This document shows positions 26,035-33,684 of a stretch of 33,684 nucleotides of DNA, piece after piece. Below the pieces are notes generated by a model. The model did not search any database. It was not told where the DNA came from and saw only the letters and a list, made by a program, of their open reading frames with translations. Source of the stretch: Thermodesulfobacteriota bacterium (lineage in GTDB: Bacteria; Desulfobacterota; Desulfobulbia; Desulfobulbales; SURF-16); contig JBFMAY010000044.1 in NCBI GenBank assembly GCA_040755455.1, positions 1-33,684 of the forward strand. The letters run 5' to 3'. The translations under genes were made by a program, and so were the position numbers. Positions within the stretch are counted from its first letter, which is position 1. Each line of letters begins with the position of its first letter.

Positions 26035-28212
26035 TCAGAGAAATTTATAGTGCTTCAGGCCGTCGATGATGCCGCCGGCGTATTGGTGTCTGCTGAAAAA
26101 AATGCCCCGTTTGCCCTGCAGGTGATCGAGTTCCCTGCTGTGATTGCCCACCACCAGACTGCTGCATCTGCTGAGCAGCATGTCCTCGTCATTGCCTGAG
26201 TCGCCTGCCACCATGACATTTGCCGGGGCGATTCCCCATTTGTTCTTGAGGTAGCTGATGGCCTTGCCCTTGCCGGCCCGTGCGGGAAGAATGTCCAGAA
26301 ATTTTCCGTGGGAGTAAATGATCCGGCAGCGCAGCCTGGCGTCCCGCAGGGTGCGGATCACACAGTCCAGCAGCTCCTTGTCATCCGGCATGAAGTAGCT
26401 GATCTTGAAGGGACGCTGGCCATCGGCGCCCTGGGGGGAGAGAAAGTCAAGCCCGGCCAGCGCCCTGTTGATCTCCCCTTGACGCCAGCGGTGGTTGAGA
26501 TGCTGCTGCCAGCCTTTGTCCATACGCAGGTCCGGGCCGTAATAGATTTCCGTGCCCACCGAACAGATCAGGATATCGGGGATGGGGACCTGCTGTTCGC
26601 TCATGATGTCCAGGGTCATCTCCAGGCTGCGGCCGGTGGCAACCCCCCAGCCGATCCTCTCCCGGTTGGCGTGCAGCAGGTCAAGCAGCTCGGCCAGCAG
26701 TTTCCGGTCGCCCACCAGGGTGTTGTCGATATCGGTGATCAGCATTTTTTTCAAACTGGTCAGCCGGCCGCCGAAGGAAGGGCGGCAGGCCCCTGCAGCG
26801 GGCGGTGCGGGTTTCTGCGGAAATTTGCGGGGCAGCAGACTTTTCATGCTGTCCACCGTGCGCTGGCAGTGGGATGCCCAGGAGTAATGGCTGCGGACCC
26901 CCTTGATGCCGTTGCGGGAATAGGACCGCCATTTTTCATGATCAACCAGCATTTCCCTGATGGCTGCCCCGATATTCCGGGAACTGGCCGCGTCCACCAG
27001 GATGCCGCTCGCGCACTTGGCCACGATGTCAACCGGCCCGCCGTCATTGGTGGCGATAATGGGCAGGCCGCAGGCGGAAGCCTCAATGATGGTGAGGCCG
27101 AAAGGTTCAACCAGGGCCGCGTTGACAAAAACCCCGCCGCTATCGGCACACAACCGGTAAAGTTCTGGTACTTCGCTGGCGAAATCATGTTTTTTCGGGA
27201 TGGCCAGCTTGCCGTACAGGTCGTAAAAATCCATCTTCAACAGCATATCGGTGAGCACATTGCGCTCGTTGTCTTCCATTTCCCTGATATTCTTGCGAAT
27301 GCCGGCAAAAATAGCCAGGTTGGCCATGGCGCGGAGCTCGTTGTCCGTTCCGTATGCCTCGATCAGGCCAACGATGTTTTTGCGCTGGTCCGGCCGGCAG
27401 AGGGCCAGGATAAAGGGTTTGTCCGGCTTAGCCCAGAAGCGCTGCAGTTCCCGCTGCAGGGTCAGTCTGGTCTGTTTGGCCGTCTCGTTGCTGTCGTGCG
27501 GGGCCAGGCTGCTGTGGCAGTATGGGTAAAAGGTTTCCAGGTCGATACCCGGTGGAATGACGGCGTATGGCCGCCGGCCAGCATTGTCATAGAGACCGTA
27601 CTGTTTGTCAATCTCCTGGCTGGTGCTGGTAATGATCAGGCTGGCCTTTTTGATGATGTCCTCTTCTACGCTGATGCGGTGGTCGATCCTGTACCGTCTG
27701 TTGATCTCCGCAACGGACTGGCCGCCGGCCAGCAGTTTGGCCTTCTTGTTGCGGCCCAGGGAGTGGCCGGTGAAGACGAAAGGGGCGTTAAAGGTGGCGG
27801 CCAGTTCCATGGCCACATAGCCCGCGTCCGCGTAATGGCCGTGGAAGATGTCCGGAATACGACCCCGAGCCTTGATCAGTTTCAAGGTCCTGTCAATGAA
27901 TTCGTCCAGATGAGGCCAGAGAAGTTCCTTGCGGATATACTTTTTGCCGCCGCACTGGATGCGGATGATACGGGCCTTGTCGCTGATCTGTTCTTCAACC
28001 CTGGCATAGGCAGGGGAGAGTTGCCGGTCCTCGATCAGCCGGGTCACCAGATCAACCTGGCCCACCTCGGGATGGGCAGCCAGGGCCCGGGTCAGTTCCA
28101 GCACATATTTCACCTGGCCGCCGGTGTCGGCATCATAGCCGAGTTCCGGCGATTCGCCCCGGATGAGACCATGGATACTGAAGAGTTGGAGGTAAAGTCC
28201 TGGTTTGGTCAT
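26035..28212 (-). CDS. sps: Sucrose-phosphate synthase (GT4) fused to a HAD sucrose-phosphatase domain
   Basis: SIHGLIRG..ELG.DADTGGQVKYV, HGHYADAG, FTGHSLG, RPDQRKN, EPFGLTIIEA; C-terminal DIDNT, ATGRS, KGKA, AGDSGND. ATG 28212 has an AGGA RBS; the ORF-track extension to 28422 overlaps the kinase gene. Confidence 0.9.
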   Translation of the reverse strand: MTKPGLYLQLFSIHGLIRGESPELGYDADTGGQVKYVLELTRALAAHPEVGQVDLVTRLIEDRQLSPAYARVEEQISDKARIIRIQCGGKKYIRKELLWPHLDEFIDRTLKLIKARGRIPDIFHGHYADAGYVAMELAATFNAPFVFTGHSLGRNKKAKLLAGGQSVAEINRRYRIDHRISVEEDIIKKASLIITSTSQEIDKQYGLYDNAGRRPYAVIPPGIDLETFYPYCHSSLAPHDSNETAKQTRLTLQRELQRFWAKPDKPFILALCRPDQRKNIVGLIEAYGTDNELRAMANLAIFAGIRKNIREMEDNERNVLTDMLLKMDFYDLYGKLAIPKKHDFASEVPELYRLCADSGGVFVNAALVEPFGLTIIEASACGLPIIATNDGGPVDIVAKCASGILVDAASSRNIGAAIREMLVDHEKWRSYSRNGIKGVRSHYSWASHCQRTVDSMKSLLPRKFPQKPAPPAAGACRPSFGGRLTSLKKMLITDIDNTLVGDRKLLAELLDLLHANRERIGWGVATGRSLEMTLDIMSEQQVPIPDILICSVGTEIYYGPDLRMDKGWQQHLNHRWRQGEINRALAGLDFLSPQGADGQRPFKISYFMPDDKELLDCVIRTLRDARLRCRIIYSHGKFLDILPARAGKGKAISYLKNKWGIAPANVMVAGDSGNDEDMLLSRCSSLVVGNHSRELDHLQGKRGIFFSRHQYAGGIIDGLKHYKFL

Positions 28213-28303
28213 GAAATCCTGCAGGTTGAAGTTGGAAAATGGCCGGGGAAAGAGAGAGAAAGAGGCCTGCTCACCCCTCTGCCTGGACTTGCCCTGTCTG
28301 TTA

Positions 28304-29158
28304 TTAAAAGACGAAATCCCGCACGGGCGGCGTGGCCCCCGCTCGGCCCGCCACATAGGAGCCTCTTTTGTTGGCCCTGGCCAGACATTCCTGCCAGGGC
28401 CGCTGCCGGATGATCCCTTCAATCAGGGTGGCAAAAAAGGCGTCGCCGGCACCCACGGTGTCAGCCACCTGCACCGGAAAGCCGCCATGTTCGAATACGC
28501 CGTCTTTTGTGACCAGCAAGGCGCCGGCCGGGCCGCGGGTTACGGCAAGGCAGAGGAGCTGCCAGCGGTTGCGGAGCCTGCCCGCCCTTTGCACCAGAAG
28601 GCCGCCGGCAATGCCTGACCAGTCGGCAATCTGCTGCAGTTCGTCATTGTTGAGTTTGACCACGTCCGCCGCGGCCAGGGAATCGAGCACAATTTCGGCC
28701 GGGGTAAAGGGCTGGCGCAGGTTGACATCGTAAAACAGCAGCTCGGCTTTGTCCCACAGGGAGCGGATGGCCTTGCGGCTCGGGGCGAAACGCTGGGCCA
28801 GGGTGCCGAAAACCAGATGAAAGGGATGGGGAGAGTCGTTTAAAAAGGGCTCCGCCTCGATGGCGTCCCAGGCCGCCGGCGCAACAATATCAAAGGACGG
28901 CTCGCTGTTTTTGCCGAAGGTGACCACCACCCGGCCGGTGGGCAGTTTGTTGTCCCGCTGGATGTCGGCAAGCGGCAGACCCAGCCCGGCAATCCGCCGC
29001 AGGGTAAGATCCGCCAGCTCATCGTTGCCGATGCGGCCGATCAGGCGGACTGCAAGGCCGAACGAGGCGAGGTGGTAGGCGACATTCAACGGCGCGCCGC
29101 CCAGCAGTTTTCTGTCAGCTATAATATCCCAGACTATTTCACCAATGGAGACAATCAT
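28304..29158 (-). CDS. PfkB-family carbohydrate kinase, probably fructokinase
   Basis: GEIVWD, GGAPLNVAYHL, YDVNLR, VTRGPAGA, DTVGAGDAF; adjacent to sps. Confidence 0.9.
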   Translation of the reverse strand: MIVSIGEIVWDIIADRKLLGGAPLNVAYHLASFGLAVRLIGRIGNDELADLTLRRIAGLGLPLADIQRDNKLPTGRVVVTFGKNSEPSFDIVAPAAWDAIEAEPFLNDSPHPFHLVFGTLAQRFAPSRKAIRSLWDKAELLFYDVNLRQPFTPAEIVLDSLAAADVVKLNNDELQQIADWSGIAGGLLVQRAGRLRNRWQLLCLAVTRGPAGALLVTKDGVFEHGGFPVQVADTVGAGDAFFATLIEGIIRQRPWQECLARANKRGSYVAGRAGATPPVRDFVF

Positions 29159-29318
29159 GTTTTCGTAGAAAATTCACGGGCAACCTGAGGCCGTTGCGCC
29201 TTAACCAGCATCGCCAATCATTTGATTGCGGCTGTTCCTGCCGTTTACAGGCTGGAAACGCTACACTCGGTTTTTTCAAGGGCTTTGTCGTCTGGGAATA
29301 GGCAAGTGCGATGCAAAT

Positions 29319-29347
29319 ACCATATACCAGTAGCATAACTATGTCAA
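29319..29347 (-). promoter_or_regulatory. Sigma70-type promoter for the kinase-sps block
   Basis: Minus strand TTGACA (29347-29342), 17-nt spacer, TATGGT (29324-29319). Confidence 0.6.
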
Positions 29348-29393
29348 CGTGGGGAGCGGGCAAAGGAGGGGCAGCGGGGAGAGGTGCGGGAAA

Positions 29394-29981
29394 TCAGTTT
29401 CTTTCCGGGGTGTAGCTGCTGTTTTTCAGGGCATTGATCAGCTCGGCCCGGCTGCGGATCGGCTGGTGAAAACGGGTGGTCACCCTCCCGAGTTCCTCCA
29501 GGGTGTGGGCGTCGGAGCCCCCGACCTGCTTGACCCCGTACCGGTCCCGCCAGGAGCCGACCCCGTCGTTTTCGTGCTGACGGTTGCGGCCGTTGATCCC
29601 CTCAACAATGCAGCATAAACCATGGTCAATCAGGTATTCCTGGGTAGGGCGGTTAACGCGGAAAGGGTGGGCTGCCACCGCAACACCGCAGGTCGTTTCC
29701 ACATGGCGCAGCAGCTCGGGGGCGGCCAGGCCCGGCTGCAGCTGTTCATAGGGGCCGAAGAGGAGAAAGTCGCCCTCGCTGGTCGCATACTCCATGCCGA
29801 AAATGACACAGAGGCCATCAGGCTGCAGGCCTTCCTGCAGGAAATGACGCGCCTCCATGGTATCGTGGTCGGTGATGCAGACCCCGGCCAGGCCCCGCTC
29901 TTTTGCCTGGGCGATGATATCTTCTAAAGGCAATTGACTGCAGGCAGAGATGTTGGTATGTACATGGAGATCAAATTTCAT
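29394..29981 (-). CDS. Stand-alone PHP-domain metallo-phosphoesterase
   Basis: DLHVHT, ITDHD, GMEY, AHPFR, EGING, GGSDAH. Confidence 0.9.
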   Translation of the reverse strand: MKFDLHVHTNISACSQLPLEDIIAQAKERGLAGVCITDHDTMEARHFLQEGLQPDGLCVIFGMEYATSEGDFLLFGPYEQLQPGLAAPELLRHVETTCGVAVAAHPFRVNRPTQEYLIDHGLCCIVEGINGRNRQHENDGVGSWRDRYGVKQVGGSDAHTLEELGRVTTRFHQPIRSRAELINALKNSSYTPERN

Positions 29982-30178
29982 TCTTCCATTAATGCCGGGA
30001 AATAAAGCAGGTGTCCAATTGTTTGTTTTGATAACTCTTTATGTAGGTATCGGTATTTGCTATATTGATAATTAATGGCAAACAAACCGCGCCCGGCCGA
30101 AACAACCTTGCTGGCCGGGCGTGTTGCAGGGGAAGCTCGCGAACTGCTCCTGCAAGTGATTAAGGACAGGGAAAAACA

Positions 30179-31486
30179 ATGGCACGCTGCTGCATACTGG
30201 TTCTGCTTGACGGCCTGGGTGACCGGGCCTATGCCAGCCTGCAGGGAAAAACTCCCTTGCAGGCCGCCTCCACCCCCCATCTGGATCGCCTTGCCTCCAT
30301 GGGGTCAAACGGGCTCTTCCAGGCGATCCGTACCGGGCTTGCCCTGCCCAGTGAAAATGCCCATTTTGCCATGTTCGGCTATGAACAGGCGGAGTTTCCC
30401 GGCCGCGGTTATCTTGAGGCAGCGGGAGCAGGTCTTGCCCCGGACCGGGAAGATGTGGCCCTGCTTGCCCATTTTGTCAGTCTCAACAGGCAGGGAAACA
30501 CCCTGCGGCTCATCAGCCACCGGCCCAAGGCCTCAGCCGACGAGCAGAAGATGCTGGCCGCACTGGTCGCCTCATACCTGCAAGGGGAAATCAGCATCGG
30601 CTATCATCGCACCCACGGCCTGGACGGCATTGTCACCATGCAGGGGCCGGTTTCGCCCGCCGTCACCGATAGCGATCCCCTGGAGACGGACACCCCGCTG
30701 GTGGAGGTGGAGCCCTGGCAGGAGGCGGCCGGGGATCAGCAGGCCCTGGATACGGCCGCAGCGTTGAAAGCCTATCTGCTCTGGTGCCATGTCAGGCTCG
30801 CCGACCATCCGCTTAATGCGCAGAGGAGAAAACAAGGGAAGCCGGAGATCAACGGCATCGTTACCCAGCGGGCGGGCCGCTGGCGCCAGGTGGATTCATT
30901 TAGGGAGCGCTGGGGCATGCAGGGGCTTTCCATTTCCTCCGGTCTCATGTACTGGGGACTCGCCTCATTCGTCGGCATGGACTGGCAAAAGGTGCCGGAC
31001 AGCCCGGATCCAGGCCATGATCTGGCCGAGCGGCTGCGGTTGGCCAAAAGCAGGGCAGAGGATTACGAATTCATCCACGTGCATTCCAAGGCCCCGGATG
31101 TTGCCGGCCACAGCAAGGATCCTTCTAATAAGGTGGCGGCAATTGAATCACTGGACCGGGGTCTGGGCAAGGTGATTGAAGAACTGCTGGCGGACGATAT
31201 CGTTCTGGTTGTCACCGCTGATCACTCCACCCCCAGCTCCGGTCCGCTGGTGCATTCCGGGGAGCCGGTTCCTTTTACGGTGGTGGGGCGGGGTATCCGC
31301 CGGGATAATGTCTTTCTCTTTGATGAGATCTGCTGTGCCGGCGGGGCGCTGGGCATGCTGCAGGGGGCTGATCTGATGTATCTTGTGCTCAATTGGCTTG
31401 ACCGGGCAAAACTGCAGGGGTTGATGGATACTCCCCGCAATCAGCCGTTCTGGCCAGGCATCCGCAGACCTTTCTTGCTCGACTAG
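30179..31486 (+). CDS. ApgM-like cofactor-independent phosphoglycerate mutase family (alkaline phosphatase superfamily)
   Basis: LLDGLGDR, KTPLQAASTPHLD, PSENAH (Ser nucleophile), HSKAPDVAGH, TADHSTP, HSGEPVP. Confidence 0.88.
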   Translation: MARCCILVLLDGLGDRAYASLQGKTPLQAASTPHLDRLASMGSNGLFQAIRTGLALPSENAHFAMFGYEQAEFPGRGYLEAAGAGLAPDREDVALLAHFVSLNRQGNTLRLISHRPKASADEQKMLAALVASYLQGEISIGYHRTHGLDGIVTMQGPVSPAVTDSDPLETDTPLVEVEPWQEAAGDQQALDTAAALKAYLLWCHVRLADHPLNAQRRKQGKPEINGIVTQRAGRWRQVDSFRERWGMQGLSISSGLMYWGLASFVGMDWQKVPDSPDPGHDLAERLRLAKSRAEDYEFIHVHSKAPDVAGHSKDPSNKVAAIESLDRGLGKVIEELLADDIVLVVTADHSTPSSGPLVHSGEPVPFTVVGRGIRRDNVFLFDEICCAGGALGMLQGADLMYLVLNWLDRAKLQGLMDTPRNQPFWPGIRRPFLLD

Positions 31487-31541
31487 CCAAGGCAAGGCAT
31501 GGCAATTTGATGATGACGGGCAAACTTTATTCGGGATTAAA

Positions 31542-31591
31542 AACCTTGCCCTCAGGGCAAGGTTCAGGTTCAGAGGCTATGCCCTCTGAAC
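31542..31591. repeat. Two adjacent inverted repeats between the mutase and nucleotidyltransferase genes
   Basis: AACCTTGCCCT-C-AGGGCAAGGTT (31542-31564, perfect) and GTTCAGAGG-N6-CCTCTGAAC (31568-31591). Confidence 0.7.
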
Positions 31592-31631
31592 GATTATCGG
31601 ACCGCATACATCCGCATAAAACAGAGAGTGC

Positions 31632-32189
31632 ATGATGCATAAAACCGGTGTGATTCATGGCCGCTTTCAGCTCCTGCATAATGACCATCTGAAATATTTG
31701 CTGGCCGGCAAAGAACGCTGCGAGCATCTGGTGGTCGGCATTACCAATCCGGACCCAACCCTGACCAAGGAGGATGCCGCTGATCCGGCGCGCAGCAGCA
31801 GGGAGTCCAATCCCTTCACCTATTTTGAACGATACTGCATGGTGCGGGACGCGCTGGCCGATGAGGGGCTGCGCGACGAGATCTCCATTGTGCCCTTTCC
31901 CATCAATTTCCCCGAGCTGTACCATTATTACCTGCCTATGCAGGCCACCTTCTTTCTGACCATTTACGACGAGTGGGGGGAAAAGAAGCTGCGGCTGTTC
32001 AAGGAACTGGGGTTGGCCACGGAGATCTTGTGGCGAAGGCCCCGCGCCGACAAAGGTCTTTCGGCCACGGAAATCAGGCAGAAGATGATGAATGGGGAGC
32101 CATGGGAGGATTTGGTCCCTCCTGCCGTGGCGAGGCTGGTGCAGAGGTTTGCGTTGCCCTGGCCAGCGACGCTGCCCCCCAAGCCATAA
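31632..32189 (+). CDS. NadM/NMNAT-like nucleotidyltransferase (cytidylyltransferase superfamily)
   Basis: GRFQLLHNDH (HxxH motif), NPFTYFER, SATEIRQKM..GEPWEDLVP. Confidence 0.85.
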   Translation: MMHKTGVIHGRFQLLHNDHLKYLLAGKERCEHLVVGITNPDPTLTKEDAADPARSSRESNPFTYFERYCMVRDALADEGLRDEISIVPFPINFPELYHYYLPMQATFFLTIYDEWGEKKLRLFKELGLATEILWRRPRADKGLSATEIRQKMMNGEPWEDLVPPAVARLVQRFALPWPATLPPKP

Positions 32190-32220
32190 GGGTGGAGCAG
32201 CTTATTGACAAACAAGCTCT

Positions 32221-32258
32221 AAAAGAAAAGGTCCGCGGAGTTTGACTCCGCGGACCTT
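32221..32258 (-). terminator. Rho-independent terminator of the minus-strand YkgJ gene (possibly bidirectional)
   Basis: 14-bp arms AAGGTCCGCGGAGT-TTG-ACTCCGCGGACCTT (32228-32258), running into TTTTCTTTT on the minus strand; lies between convergent genes. Confidence 0.85.
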
Positions 32259-32287
32259 GGTTGCTGGTTTTATAAGGCGCCCTGAAT

Positions 32288-33211
32288 TTACTTTTTCGCC
32301 TGCTTTTCCGCTAACATGCGGTCGCGCTCCGCCTTGAGCTCTTCATAGGTTCTGATCGCCTCCTCCTCTTTACTGCCCTGTTTATTTTTTATTTCAGCGG
32401 CCTTGGCCTTGATCTTCTCTTCCTTGATCTTGAGGTCCTGGGTGCCGAAAAGCGAGGATGCCAGGTATTTATAGGAGAAGCGCAGCAGGGCAATATCGTC
32501 TTGTTTGATTTTGTCCAGGGTCTCCTGGTCAATGTTGTAAATGTCGAGGAAGGAACTGTTGAAGATGAATTCCTTGAATTTATCCAGATCGGTGCTGACC
32601 ATGAAGAATATTTTTTTTGCCTGCTCGCTGAGCGTTGCCTGAAAGCCGAATGACTTGCGGCGCATGACCAGTTCCAGCCATTCCCGGTTCATCTCATCGC
32701 ACAGGTCAACCCCCTGATCGGCCCGCCATTCCCGGATCGTCCACGTTTTGTCCTCCTCGTGTCCCTTGCAGTGCGGTTCCTTGACCAGAAAAAAGAATTG
32801 CTCCGAATCAACCCCTTCCTGGCCTCCTTCATGGAAATTTGCCATGCCGACGGGATAATAGCGGCAGGCGGAAGGGCGTTCGGGATAAATGGTGCACCCT
32901 TCTTCGGTGACAAAGGGGCAGCGGCCGTTTTCATCGAGGTGGATTTTGACGCCGGGCATATCGGTTTTTTCGATGAAAATCGGGGTTGTAAATCTGAGCA
33001 GAAATTCAGAGGCCGGCAGGTTGAGATATTTTCTCAGGCGCAAAATGTCAAAGGGGGTGAGAATGATGTCGATGTTGCCGCAGCAGGCGGTGAAGCAGGC
33101 AACACCCGGATGGCAGCGGAATTTAATTTTGCTGTCCAGAGTGTATTTTTGGGGAAGCACGTTACTGGGATTTTTGTCGTAACCGAACAGGGCTTTTTCT
33201 TTCTCTGCCAT
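32288..33211 (-). CDS. YkgJ-family cysteine-cluster (putative Fe-S/Zn) protein with charged C-terminal coil
   Basis: FRCHPGVACFTACC, CPFV..EGCTIYPERPSACRYYP, HCKG; GAGG RBS. Confidence 0.88.
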   Translation of the reverse strand: MAEKEKALFGYDKNPSNVLPQKYTLDSKIKFRCHPGVACFTACCGNIDIILTPFDILRLRKYLNLPASEFLLRFTTPIFIEKTDMPGVKIHLDENGRCPFVTEEGCTIYPERPSACRYYPVGMANFHEGGQEGVDSEQFFFLVKEPHCKGHEEDKTWTIREWRADQGVDLCDEMNREWLELVMRRKSFGFQATLSEQAKKIFFMVSTDLDKFKEFIFNSSFLDIYNIDQETLDKIKQDDIALLRFSYKYLASSLFGTQDLKIKEEKIKAKAAEIKNKQGSKEEEAIRTYEELKAERDRMLAEKQAKK

Positions 33212-33272
33212 CAGATTTCCTCATTATTTTTTATATGCCGGGTCGCAGTTGTTGATCGCTGTCGCGTTGCAG

Positions 33273-33301
33273 AACTTAATCATCACACGGAAGCTTGTCA
33301 A
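33273..33301 (-). promoter_or_regulatory. Sigma70-type promoter of the YkgJ gene
   Basis: Minus strand TTGACA (33301-33296), 17-nt spacer, TAAGTT (33278-33273). Confidence 0.55.
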
Positions 33302-33362
33302 ACCCAAAAAAAAAAAGGGGCAAAGTATGAAAAAAAGTGATTATTCCGGGAAACTTTTTTTC

Positions 33363-33391
33363 TTGACATTTACATGATGAAAATTTATAGA
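33363..33391 (+). promoter_or_regulatory. Sigma70-type promoter of aprB
   Basis: TTGACA (33363-33368), 17-nt spacer, TATAGA (33386-33391); A/T tracts upstream. Confidence 0.65.
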
Positions 33392-33524
33392 TCATATGGT
33401 CAGAAAATGAGTGATTCCTCATTTTTTGTCAGAAGCACGATACATTAAGCGGAAATAAACTAAGGAAAAACGATTTCGCATTTTGTGGAATCAAACTATT
33501 CAACCCAATTGAGGAGGTAATTTA

Positions 33525-33684
33525 ATGCCAAGCTATGTAGATCCTTCCAAATGTGATGGTTGCAAGGGTGGCGACAAAACAGCATGTATGTACATCTGCC
33601 CCAACGACCTGATGGTTCTCAACAAAGAGGAAATGCGGGCCTACAATCAGGAGCCTGATGCATGCTGGGAATGCTATTCATGTG
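33525..33684 (+). CDS. aprB: Adenylylsulfate reductase beta subunit (5' part only; not in the ORF track)
   Basis: GAGGAGG RBS; reads MPSYVDPSKCDGCKGGDKTACMYICPNDLMVLNKEEMRAYNQEPDACWECYSC, matching the AprB ferredoxin motifs. Runs off the window edge. Confidence 0.96.
   Translation, partial: MPSYVDPSKCDGCKGGDKTACMYICPNDLMVLNKEEMRAYNQEPDACWECYSC

Noticed and set aside
26308..28413. 701-aa plus-strand ORF
   Set aside because: Antisense shadow of sps.
30075..30767. 230-aa ORF starting just after an extended -10 (possible leaderless gene)
   Set aside because: Overlaps the well-supported mutase gene out of frame for most of its length and has no motifs.
33475..33500. Possible Rex box (TTGTGAA-N4-TTCACAA) upstream of aprB
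   Set aside because: Only a partial half-site (TTGTGGA), with no second half.

Overview
GC-rich bacterial chromosome segment, most likely from a dissimilatory sulfur-metabolising Desulfobacterota member (Desulfobulbales-like; inferred from aprB and gene content). From left to right: the trailer end of a type I-C-like CRISPR array; a single-domain response regulator; selA coupled to a degenerate-GGDEF/TPR protein; a LOG-family gene; a ~17 kb dcw cluster (mraZ, rsmH, ftsL, ftsI-like, murE, murF, mraY, murD, small Zn-finger ORF, murG, murC, murB, ftsQ, ftsA, ftsZ); a B12-binding-type radical SAM gene and a sensor kinase; a minus-strand fructokinase / SPS-SPP / YkgJ block; a PHP hydrolase divergent from an ApgM-like mutase and a NadM-like nucleotidyltransferase; and a YkgJ-family gene divergent from the 5' end of aprB. 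The most striking observation is in the dcw cluster. The FtsI/PBP3 homolog is full length but has lost its SxxK and KTG transpeptidase motifs, with no recognisable SxN. ftsW is missing from its usual slot, which holds a 63-aa CxxC/CPxC protein instead, and ddl is also absent. This hints at a divisome that may work without a canonical FtsWI septal synthase. All assignments come from reading motifs by eye; no searches were run.
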